From Promethearchaeum syntrophicum (GTDB lineage Archaea > Asgardarchaeota > Lokiarchaeia > Sigyniarchaeales > Promethearchaeaceae), in assembly GCF_008000775.2 (NCBI RefSeq), contig NZ_CP042905.2, forward strand, positions 570,001-602,000: DNA of 32,000 bases. The letters run 5' to 3'. The notes under the pieces are model-generated. The model saw only the letters and a program-made list of their open reading frames with translations, did no database searches and was not told where the DNA came from. The position numbers were made by a program, and so were the translations under genes. Shown here piece after piece: positions 1 through 8,017 of the stretch; positions within the stretch are counted from its first letter, which is position 1, and each line of letters opens with the position of its first letter.

Positions 1-1
1 A

Positions 2-1246
2 TGCTCTTTGTATGCAGAACCTCTCTGTGGATATCCAATTGGTTGGGGTCAAGTATTGAGATTTTTAGAGACTCCTGATAATTCCTTAACAGTTTGGGGA
101 GATCAAGGAGATATTAATATCTTAGCAGATTATGGATCATCTTTCCTATGGGCAATGTATTTAACCGATCATTATACTGTCGGAGAAGAAAATTTTCTAG
201 GTCATTTTGTTCAATCAAGAATACCTGGAGTTGACGGAATTAATGCAGCTTTAGAATATTTTGGACATGAAGAAGACTTTGATGATGTTTACCATGATTG
301 GAGAATTGCAAATCTTATTGATGCAGAAAGTGGAAAATATGGTTACACGACTTTTGATTTAGCTGATGCAGAATACCCACTTTATATCAACGATATGGAC
401 AATCAACTATTCAAATGGACTCAAGGAACTGATTTTGGTACTACCATTACCTATGATGATTATGATACTTATGTGTCGATGCTTGGGCCTTACGGTACTG
501 ATTATATTGGATACTCTGAAGAAAATTGGAATAAGAATTTCGCAAAATTATACTTTGATGGTGATGATACTGCCATTGTATATGGATGGGAAATGATCGA
601 TGGTGTATGGTATTCTGGAGCAGATGATCTTATGAATACTCTTATTGCTGCAGAAATTTATGTTGATCCTTTAGATCCTACATTATATATGACCTCATAT
701 TGGGATATTGAAGATTATTGGGATTTTGGTTTTGTTCAAGTATCTGAAGATGATGGTGAAACATGGACATCCCTTGAGAATGAATATACAACCAGTGATC
801 ATGATCCTGGTGCTCACCAAAATGTTTTGGACAACCTTCCAGGAATCACAGAATATGTAGGAGAAGTAGTAGATATGACATTTGATCTTTCACTTTATGC
901 AGGTGAAAATGTACAAATTGGTTTCCGCTATGTGACCGATTGGGCAACCTTTTATGAGGGTTGGTATATCTTTGATGCAAATGTTGGTGGAGTTTCATTA
1001 GATCTTGCAATTGTTTATCCAGATGCTTCATATATGGTTACAGTAGTTGCATATAAAGAAACAGGTGGAGGAACTCATTATATGGTTATGGATTTAGACC
1101 TTAATGATGGTAATTTTGGTTCAATTTCATTATTGGGTAATTGGGCAGATCATATGGTTTTAATTGTCAGTGCAACTCAACCACAAGGCTTTTCAGATTA
1201 TTCATTTAGAATTAAACCAGGAAAAGGCACTCGATGGATGATGTAA
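2..1246 (+). CDS. Secreted metallopeptidase, C-terminal portion (M6 / immune-inhibitor-A-like), 5'-truncated at window edge
   Basis: The frame is open from the window edge to the stop at 1244-1246. Motifs ADYGSSFLWAMYLTDHY, VQVSEDDGETWTSLEN and FRYVTDWATFYEGWYIFD resemble the post-catalytic and beta-rich C-terminal domains of InhA/M6 peptidases. The HExxH site would lie upstream of the window. Family call is from remembered motifs, not a search. Confidence 0.55.
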   Translation, partial: CSLYAEPLCGYPIGWGQVLRFLETPDNSLTVWGDQGDINILADYGSSFLWAMYLTDHYTVGEENFLGHFVQSRIPGVDGINAALEYFGHEEDFDDVYHDWRIANLIDAESGKYGYTTFDLADAEYPLYINDMDNQLFKWTQGTDFGTTITYDDYDTYVSMLGPYGTDYIGYSEENWNKNFAKLYFDGDDTAIVYGWEMIDGVWYSGADDLMNTLIAAEIYVDPLDPTLYMTSYWDIEDYWDFGFVQVSEDDGETWTSLENEYTTSDHDPGAHQNVLDNLPGITEYVGEVVDMTFDLSLYAGENVQIGFRYVTDWATFYEGWYIFDANVGGVSLDLAIVYPDASYMVTVVAYKETGGGTHYMVMDLDLNDGNFGSISLLGNWADHMVLIVSATQPQGFSDYSFRIKPGKGTRWMM

Positions 1247-1255
1247 AATAATATA

Positions 1256-1284
1256 CGGAAATGATAAATTTCCGATTTTTTTTT
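1256..1284 (+). terminator. Hairpin plus T-tract terminator after the peptidase gene
   Basis: Perfect 6-bp stem CGGAAA (1256-1261) / TTTCCG (1269-1274) with a 7-nt loop, followed by A plus a T9 run (1276-1284). It begins 10 nt after the stop codon. Confidence 0.6.
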
Positions 1285-1456
1285 AATTTTTTTTGATTTT
1301 CTTTCCATTTGGTAAACATACTTGATTATATTGAATTTTTCTCACATAAATTAAGAATATTTAATTAATTTTTAAAAACCAGATTTTTGCATTAGAAATG
1401 AACAAAGAAAAAAAGAAAAAAAAAGGTGAATAAAATGAGAAAAACAAGTAATGTGA

Positions 1457-1795
1457 TTAAAATGAATAGTAATGGAGAGCCTCGATTTTACTTCTCAGAT
1501 TCTGGATATGCTGCGAATCCCCTAACTTAAAGGTTCGCATCAAATTCAACGCATCTTTATATAAATCACCAGAAAGTAAACGGTCATCCATTCTTTCACA
1601 ATATTGGGCCATTCGGAGCAATCCGTTGATCAAACTTTTTGGTTCGTTAAAAGTTTTAACAAACTCAATATATTCCTTAAAAACTTCTAAAGATTTTCGG
1701 TATTGATCGGGAGTTTTTTCAAAATATGCAACTTTTTGTTGTAAAGACTGCAATTTATTGATCCGTGCCAAATATTGAATTTGAGAAGTAGACAT
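1457..1795 (-). CDS. Hypothetical helical protein (112 aa)
   Basis: ATG-initiated ORF in an otherwise stop-dense AT-rich region. Composition is protein-like (predicted helical). No recognisable motif. Confidence 0.45.
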   Translation of the reverse strand: MSTSQIQYLARINKLQSLQQKVAYFEKTPDQYRKSLEVFKEYIEFVKTFNEPKSLINGLLRMAQYCERMDDRLLSGDLYKDALNLMRTFKLGDSQHIQNLRSKIEALHYYSF

Positions 1796-1923
1796 TATCT
1801 ATAATTCAGATTTACTCGTAATGAAATTTCATATCATCAGAATTATATGTGCGTATTATGAAAATCGAAAACTTATTTTTCATTTGATCATTGTAAATAA
1901 TTAGTAATTATCATTACTACCAC

Positions 1924-1996
1924 GCCAAGGTAACCAAGTGGCTAAGGTGCTCGCCTGCAGAGCGGGTTATCGTGGGTTCAAGTCCCTCCCTTGGCT
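1924..1996 (+). tRNA. tRNA-Cys (anticodon GCA)
   Basis: Hand-folded cloverleaf. Acceptor GCCAAGG/CCTTGGC. Anticodon stem CTCGC/GCGGG with loop CTGCAGA (GCA at positions 34-36). T-arm GTGGG-TTCAAGT-CCCTC has one U-U mismatch. D-arm has an A13:A22-type mismatch, and the discriminator is U73 as expected for tRNA-Cys. No encoded CCA. GC-rich island in an AT-rich spacer. Confidence 0.9.
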
Positions 1997-2068
1997 TTAT
2001 TTGTTTTAGGGGATTAACTTTTTTTAATCTCCTCTCTTTTTACGGATATTATAAAAAAAAAGTTAGTT

Positions 2069-3061
2069 TTAATATTTTGAACTTATTTTTAATTTTTCTA
2101 CGAGCCAACGAAAATTTGGAGCTATTCCTTCACCAGTAATAGCAGAAGTTGTATGATACTGAGCTTTAATTCCATATCTAATAGTGTTGTATTGGTTTTT
2201 ATATTTTTCTAAATCAAAATTCGGCATTAAGTCAATTTTATTAAAAAATATCAAAAAGGGCAAATTTGAAAACTGTTTACTGGGATATTTGTTCTTTAAA
2301 AAACTAATCCAATTATGAAATTCTTGTATTGCTGCTTTTTCTTCATTACCTTGATTTGAACTATCAATAACATATACAACTGCTTGAGGTAGCTTGCCTG
2401 GTTCAATTGGATGGTCTTCAAGAATTTCCTTCACATGTTCAGTACAACATACATCTAAGACCCGAAAATCCAATTGTTCATATAACATTTGCAAAACTCT
2501 TGGAGTTAAAGTGGGTGTTTTTTGAGGAATGAATTTTCCATGAAGGAGATAATCTACAATGGATGATTTTCCTCCCCCTTTATTTCCAAGAAATAGTACT
2601 TCCGCAATACCTAAATTATATGTTTCATGAATTTTTGCTGCCTCGAAGAAACAATCGGTTAAAATTTGTATCATTTGACCAAAAATCTTAAACGAATTCT
2701 CTTCAATGTGTGGGACAGTTAAATAAAAGGCTTTCGATAAATCAGGTATTTGATATAATTGGTTGACTGTATTTTCCATTATTTTGGTAAAAAAATGGGT
2801 ATTTTCATGGTCTTCAATGTATAGGGTAAGCATAAGCATTTCTTTGATTTCGGGGAACCATGCTGAAGGGATATCAAAAAAGTAGGAAAGAAACGGACCA
2901 TTTTCCTTAAATTTTTCTTTGTCTTCACTTGAATTTGTTGTATATTCTACGTGCATTTTTTTCATATTGTGTTGAATTTCATCTGTAATTTCCAAATTCG
3001 GGACAGAATAAATTAAATGGATATCATTTTTAGCAATCCCCCGTGATAATATTAATCTCAT
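2069..3061 (-). CDS. Arf/Sar-like small GTPase with ~175-aa N-terminal extra domain and a degenerate switch II
   Basis: G1 GNKGGGKSS. G4 NKID. G5 TSAITGEG. AVVYVIDSSN aligns with Arf GLIFVVDSND. The G3 position reads DVCCT instead of DVGGQ. The ORF track starts at 3121, but the first 20 codons (MFFFHPIRSRVIILISIDIS) look like translated AT-rich promoter, so the ATG at 3061 (MRLILSRG...) is preferred. Confidence 0.75.
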   Translation of the reverse strand: MRLILSRGIAKNDIHLIYSVPNLEITDEIQHNMKKMHVEYTTNSSEDKEKFKENGPFLSYFFDIPSAWFPEIKEMLMLTLYIEDHENTHFFTKIMENTVNQLYQIPDLSKAFYLTVPHIEENSFKIFGQMIQILTDCFFEAAKIHETYNLGIAEVLFLGNKGGGKSSIVDYLLHGKFIPQKTPTLTPRVLQMLYEQLDFRVLDVCCTEHVKEILEDHPIEPGKLPQAVVYVIDSSNQGNEEKAAIQEFHNWISFLKNKYPSKQFSNLPFLIFFNKIDLMPNFDLEKYKNQYNTIRYGIKAQYHTTSAITGEGIAPNFRWLVEKLKISSKY

Positions 3062-3305
3062 AGATATATCTATTGATATCAATATTATAACTCTGCTCCT
3101 TATAGGATGAAAAAAAAACATAAAAGTATAGAATATTTTTAATAATCCTTAGGAGATATACAAATAAATTCTCAGTTATATCCTTTAAACAAGCAAAATT
3201 TAATGGAAAATTAATAAAAGCACTAATGGTGGGAAGATATTTTTTGTTTTTTCTTAAAAAAAAAAACAAGGAAATTGAAGGATGAATGAAGATTATTCGA
3301 TAGAT

Positions 3306-3902
3306 TTATTTACCTTTATCAAATTTTTTGGCTTTTAATAAAATCGGAATCGATATTATCCCTCCAAAAATAAAAGGTAGAAGTATTTGAATCCAATATA
3401 CGTTATATGGTAGTAAATATATTGGAGGTTCGTGTTGTAGATTTGGGAAAACAGTGCGTTCGTAATAAGAAATTGCTGCTGTAATCCAAGTATATGCCCA
3501 TGCTAAAAAAGTAGCACTCCCTAACCATTTAGCTTGTTTATATATCTTCTGTTTGTCAAAATATGAGAGAAAAGTTTTGTATAAAATGATTATCGCAATT
3601 AGAAAACTAGGCCATGTGTGGAAGTTGAATGATAAATTGTCAATTTCAAAGGGAACAACTTCTTGTTTTGTAATAGCATCAATAAATCCTGTAACTCCTG
3701 CGAAAAGTCCCAGTAAGTATAACATTGTCGCAAAACCTCCAAAAGCACGGTGGGATCGGAAAAGGACTTCATTCTTCTTGATTAAAAATACTTTTTTCTT
3801 TACATATGCAGCATATATTCCAGTAATCGCTTGAACTGTAGCACATAAGGCACCAAGCATTGTAATAATCGTATTGTATTCTGCAGTACTTGAAACGGGC
3901 AT
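3306..3902 (-). CDS. Integral membrane protein (about 5-6 TM), unknown function
   Basis: 198-aa ORF made of repeated hydrophobic 20-aa segments. Conserved-looking His residues (SHRAFGG, FHTW) hint at a heme or metal ligand, but no family could be assigned. Confidence 0.55.
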   Translation of the reverse strand: MPVSSTAEYNTIITMLGALCATVQAITGIYAAYVKKKVFLIKKNEVLFRSHRAFGGFATMLYLLGLFAGVTGFIDAITKQEVVPFEIDNLSFNFHTWPSFLIAIIILYKTFLSYFDKQKIYKQAKWLGSATFLAWAYTWITAAISYYERTVFPNLQHEPPIYLLPYNVYWIQILLPFIFGGIISIPILLKAKKFDKGK

Positions 3903-3983
3903 AATTAGCTATTTATGACTAAATTATTTAAGATTTTCACTTTATGTGTATTTGCTGAACATAAAAAAAACTGAATAATATAA

Positions 3984-4010
3984 GGAAGGGGTTCAAGTCC
4001 CCCTGGCTCT
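3984..4010 (+). other. Orphan tRNA 3' fragment (T-arm plus 3' acceptor strand), similar to the tRNA-Cys 3' end
   Basis: GGGGTTCAAGTCCCCCTGGCTCT. Stem GGGG/CCCC around a TTCAAGT T-loop, then an acceptor-like strand. It aligns with tRNA-Cys 1969-1996 (GGGTTCAAGTCCC[TC]CCT[T]GGCT) with two small indels. No matching 5' half lies in the 80 nt upstream. Confidence 0.45.
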
Positions 4011-4097
4011 TAATTTTTTATTGAATTTTGGGTAGTATATAAATTCAGCAACCTATTTTATTTTAAATATCGATTTTTATATCCTCATTTGAATAAA

Positions 4098-4382
4098 ATG
4101 GGAAGAACTTTACCATCATTTCGGATTGCACTTGACCAAGAAATAAATTCATGGACAGACTTCAGACGTGGGTTAAGAATTGAAGATCGGGAATATTTTG
4201 ACAATATTATGCGATATGCTAGAATTCACAGCGATGCTGGCTCACTTGCTGCGCGTATGTTACTGTCCGAAAATGTTTTCCTCTCAGCTCTGATTGAACA
4301 GGATAAGAAAATAAGTGAACTAACAGTAGAAATTGAGAGGCTTAAAAAGAACCAAAAAAAACTAAATCTCCCGAAGAATTAG
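4098..4382 (+). CDS. Hypothetical protein (94 aa from the ATG at 4098)
   Basis: Stop-free frame in an AT-rich context. The track start (TTG at 4089) is 3 codons upstream of the ATG. C-terminal coiled-coil-like segment. No known motif. Confidence 0.45.
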   Translation: MGRTLPSFRIALDQEINSWTDFRRGLRIEDREYFDNIMRYARIHSDAGSLAARMLLSENVFLSALIEQDKKISELTVEIERLKKNQKKLNLPKN

Positions 4383-4464
4383 TAATTGAAAGTTCGAAAA
4401 TTTCATTTTCAAAGGTTAAAATAGCAAATTTTATTTTTTCGATTGGTTTTTTGAAGATATTGCT

Positions 4465-5922
4465 ATGATTAAAATATTCAATGATTTAAAAAACGAGCTG
4501 GAAGAGTTTAAACCGATTAAGGAAGGGGTGGTTACAATGTACGTTTGTGGAGTTACAGTTTATGATGACCCGCACTTAGGTCACGCCCGTTCAGCGGTTT
4601 CTTTTGATTTAATTCGCAAATACTTTGAATATAAAGGGTATCGCGTTAAATACGTTATGAATTATACCGACGTAGATGATAAAATGATAAGTCGGGCTAA
4701 TGAACGCGGTATTACTATTTATCAATTAGCACAAGAGAATATAGCTAAGTACGAAGAAATGCAAAGGGGGCTATTTATTAAATCCCCAACAGTAAAACCG
4801 AGAGCAACTGATGAAATTCCCGATATGATCAAGGTTATTAAAAAACTGGAAAAGAAAGGATTTACATACGGATCTAAGGGAAGTGTTTATTTCGATACGA
4901 GCAAGATGGAGAATTATAAAGGTTTATTCATGAAAAAAGAAATTTCCGATCAGGAAACTGAAGAAGATCAATATACACAATCAGAATTTGCAGAAGATAA
5001 AAAAAATTTAGAAGATTTTGTCCTATGGAAAAAAGAAAAACCTGGTGAACCATCTTGGGATTCACCATGGGGAAAAGGACGACCCGGTTGGCATATTGAG
5101 TGTAGTGTTATGGCAATGAAATATCTCGGAAAAACGGTAGATATTCATGGAGGAGGAAAAGATCTTAAACGTCCACATCATCAAAATGAAATTGCGCAAT
5201 CAGAAAGCTCGACTGGAAAAACCTTTGTGAACTATTGGATGCATAATGGATTTCTGAATATAGATAATACCAAAATGTCAAAATCCTTGGGAAATTTCAT
5301 TTCATTAATGGATATGTTAAAAAATCATTCAGGCGTGTTTTTACGCTACTATTTAGTAAATTCCTATTATCAAAGACCTATCAATTTTAGTATGGACAAA
5401 ATGGATCAATCTCTTCAAAATTTGAAGAAGATCCAAAGATTTTACAAGAAATTGAATGATTATTCTACAGCTAATGCGGAAGGAAGCACAATAAAGGGTA
5501 TTTTAGAACATAGAAATCAAATTAAACAGTTCAAAAAGCAATTCCTTGATGCTATGGATACAGATTTTAATAGTCCGAAAGCAATGGGGTATTTATTTTC
5601 CATTATTAATTACTTAAATAAGAGCATTTTTATCAAAGATAATCAAATTACATTAGAAATGAAAGAGGATCTAATTGCATTCTTAGATGGTATTGATAGC
5701 TTTTTAGGATTTATAAATCCACAAATTAAAGAAGAACAAGATGAATCTGGCTCCATTTGGAAAGAACGCTTTGATAAATTGACCAATTCAATTCTGGACT
5801 TTAGAAAAGAGGCTAAGATTAATAAGAATTTTGAACTCGCAGATCAAATACGAGATCTTTTGATAAATACTGGTATCAAAATATCAGACCAGGGAAATGA
5901 TTATACTTGGGAAGTAGATTAA
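4465..5922 (+). CDS. cysS: Cysteine--tRNA ligase (class I aaRS)
   Basis: HIGH motif (PHLGHARS) within MYVCGVTVYDDPHLGHARS. KMSKS motif (TKMSKSLGN). WHIECS zinc/cysteine-binding signature. Length of 485 aa is typical. Confidence 0.95.
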   Translation: MIKIFNDLKNELEEFKPIKEGVVTMYVCGVTVYDDPHLGHARSAVSFDLIRKYFEYKGYRVKYVMNYTDVDDKMISRANERGITIYQLAQENIAKYEEMQRGLFIKSPTVKPRATDEIPDMIKVIKKLEKKGFTYGSKGSVYFDTSKMENYKGLFMKKEISDQETEEDQYTQSEFAEDKKNLEDFVLWKKEKPGEPSWDSPWGKGRPGWHIECSVMAMKYLGKTVDIHGGGKDLKRPHHQNEIAQSESSTGKTFVNYWMHNGFLNIDNTKMSKSLGNFISLMDMLKNHSGVFLRYYLVNSYYQRPINFSMDKMDQSLQNLKKIQRFYKKLNDYSTANAEGSTIKGILEHRNQIKQFKKQFLDAMDTDFNSPKAMGYLFSIINYLNKSIFIKDNQITLEMKEDLIAFLDGIDSFLGFINPQIKEEQDESGSIWKERFDKLTNSILDFRKEAKINKNFELADQIRDLLINTGIKISDQGNDYTWEVD

Positions 5923-5956
5923 ATTTTTTTTTACAACAAATTCCAATTGAGTTAAA

Positions 5957-6724
5957 ATGAATAAAAAAAAAACTCCAGAAACCCGTTTCTATGATAAATT
6001 TGTAATTTTATTTAAATTTCTTTTAAGAAGTAGGATGTTGAAGGTGATTTTAGTCATATTCATCTTGAATGTTATTCTTGGGGCATTTTATTCATATTTA
6101 GAAGGAATTGAATTTCATTTGGGTCTATATTGGGCTACAGATACTTTAACAAACACTGGGACCGGTTTAGTTCCTCCGAATAGTCCTTTTTTATGGTATG
6201 CAACCACTATTCTTATGTGGATCGGTTTAGGAATAACTTTAATTTTCGTAGAATATGTTTATGTTAATTTTTGGAAAAAAAATATGGGGAAAAAAATGGT
6301 TAATTTTGAAAATCACATAGTTTTGATAGGATGGAGTCAGAAAATGCGTCACTTTCTTGATAATTTACCAGGTGGATTAGGTGTACACCATAATTATGTT
6401 CTTATTGCAAATTTACAAGAAAGACCTTTAGATCTTCCAGATATTGTTATATTAATCCGAGGAGATCCTGAACAAGAAGATGTTTTAATCAATGCTGGAA
6501 TTAAAAAAGCGGAACGAGCCTTAATTGTTCTGGGAGATGATTCTGCTGCAGTTTTAATCGCGATGACAATTCAAAGTCTTAATGATGAAATAAAAATCTG
6601 TGTTAACTTGCGTCATAGAGAAAACATTAAGCATTTACAAAGAATCGGTGTTGAAGAAATAGTTTGTGATGAGGAACTCACAGGAGACGCTTTGATAAAA
6701 GCTTTTTATTCATTGAAAAAATAG
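5957..6724 (+). CDS. 2TM pore-loop cation channel fused to an RCK/TrkA-N domain (MthK-like), with a non-canonical filter
   Basis: Two TM segments flank a pore-loop WATDTLTNTGTGLVPP. This is followed by a Rossmann-like HIVLIGWSQKMRHFLDNL ... VLGDD RCK N-lobe. Confidence 0.6.
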   Translation: MNKKKTPETRFYDKFVILFKFLLRSRMLKVILVIFILNVILGAFYSYLEGIEFHLGLYWATDTLTNTGTGLVPPNSPFLWYATTILMWIGLGITLIFVEYVYVNFWKKNMGKKMVNFENHIVLIGWSQKMRHFLDNLPGGLGVHHNYVLIANLQERPLDLPDIVILIRGDPEQEDVLINAGIKKAERALIVLGDDSAAVLIAMTIQSLNDEIKICVNLRHRENIKHLQRIGVEEIVCDEELTGDALIKAFYSLKK

Positions 6725-6849
6725 ATTATATTAAAACCAATAAAAAATTGATACAAGAATAAGGAAATGAACCAAGTTTTAATGATTTATTATCAAGGTT
6801 ATTGTTAAATAATCAATTCCACAGATTGAAATCTGAAACAAGGGATATT

Positions 6850-7482
6850 TTAATTTTTCTCGTTTTTTATATCTTTTAGTTTCTGTTTTACTTCATTGAT
6901 TCTCTCTAATGCATCAGAATAGTTAGGTTTAATTTCAACCGCCCTTTTATAACATTTTAATGCTTCAGGAACTCGATTTCTAATTAAATTTATCTCGCCT
7001 AATTCAAACCAAGATTCTGCAGATGCATCAGAATTTGGATTAATACTTATTACTTTAACAAATGCATCAATTGCTTTTTGGTATCGTTGATTCGCCTTAT
7101 AATTTTTTCCTTTATGTATTATTTCCTTTGATTTACTTATAGAATGATCATAAACAGACTCATCTCTATCTTCATTTAAAATTTTAGAATTTGATTCAAT
7201 TGATTTCGATTTAATATCTGCAAGAAGATTTCTTAGGGGCAAAACAAATACACCAAAGAATATAAACACCACACCAAACATAGCTGAGTTATCTGGAATC
7301 GCGTAAATTGATAAGAATATCCCTATTATTATTATAATAATTCCCATAATCCATAATATCTTTTTTGAAAAATGAGATCTATACTTATTAAAAAAAAACC
7401 ACAAAATTGCTAATCCAATAAATAAAATCAAGGTTAATACTTGAAAATAATCCCAAAAACCTTGCATAATGAAAGAGAACAT
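6850..7482 (-). CDS. Membrane-anchored TPR-repeat protein
   Basis: N-terminal 3 TM segments. The C-terminus carries TPR-like repeats (YQKAIDAFVKVISINPN..., EALKCYKRAVEIKPNYSDA). Confidence 0.6.
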   Translation of the reverse strand: MFSFIMQGFWDYFQVLTLILFIGLAILWFFFNKYRSHFSKKILWIMGIIIIIIGIFLSIYAIPDNSAMFGVVFIFFGVFVLPLRNLLADIKSKSIESNSKILNEDRDESVYDHSISKSKEIIHKGKNYKANQRYQKAIDAFVKVISINPNSDASAESWFELGEINLIRNRVPEALKCYKRAVEIKPNYSDALERINEVKQKLKDIKNEKN

Positions 7483-7551
7483 TATTAGTGATAATCTTCT
7501 GAAATTAATTAAATTTATTTTTTATATCTGACAAAGAAGAATTTGTTTCTA

Positions 7552-7812
7552 TTAATTATTTTTATGAAGAGTTTGAAAAGTTTCATCAATTTCTTGTTTT
7601 AACCAATTTGCAAAAATCAAAATTTCTTTCTTTTCTTCTAAAAGTTTGTCTGTTACTCCAAAAAAATTAATTCTGTATTCGATATTCCTTAACTCGGAAT
7701 TAATTCTTATTAATTCTTGGGACAAACTATCATGAAGATAATGTAATTCACTTCGATTTTGTTCAAGTGCAAGGAATTTCTTTCTTTTAATAAAAACTGC
7801 CAAAATTATCAA
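7552..7812 (-). CDS. Hypothetical small coiled-coil protein (doubtful)
   Basis: 86-codon open frame with only a TTG start and no internal Met. The call rests on ORF length alone. Confidence 0.25.
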   Translation of the reverse strand: MIILAVFIKRKKFLALEQNRSELHYLHDSLSQELIRINSELRNIEYRINFFGVTDKLLEEKKEILIFANWLKQEIDETFQTLHKNN

Positions 7813-7975
7813 CCTTCTAGAAATAATTTTTGAATTGAGTTAATGTAATAAATTTTCTCTAGCATTTAAAGAAAACCTCTTAACCAACTTATTGTAAAAT
7901 TAAAAAAAATAATAAATATGTAGAAAAAAAATAAGTAAACCTTACAAATTGAAAGGAAGAAAAAAACTTTAGCCA

Positions 7976-7993
7976 GAAGACCTAGCGGTCTTC
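7976..7993 (-). repeat. Perfect 7-bp hairpin at the 3' (right) end of the IS
   Basis: GAAGACC (7976-7982) / GGTCTTC (7987-7993) with a 4-nt loop, 25 nt past the recombinase stop codon. On the - strand it is followed 9 nt later by a T7 run. It could be a terminator and/or a recombination-end structure. Confidence 0.5.
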
Positions 7994-8017
7994 CTTAGAG
8001 ATAAAGTTTCAATTTTT

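Noticed and set aside
1801-1847. C/D-box sRNA-like pattern on the - strand (TGATGA ... CTGA with ATAATTC/GAATTAT terminal complementarity) and the 12-bp palindrome ATGAAATTTCAT (1821-1832)
   Set aside because: Only 24 nt separate the boxes, there are no C'/D' boxes, and the terminal stem overlaps the D box. It sits right at the start codon of 1457-1795, so it is more likely promoter or leader sequence of that gene.
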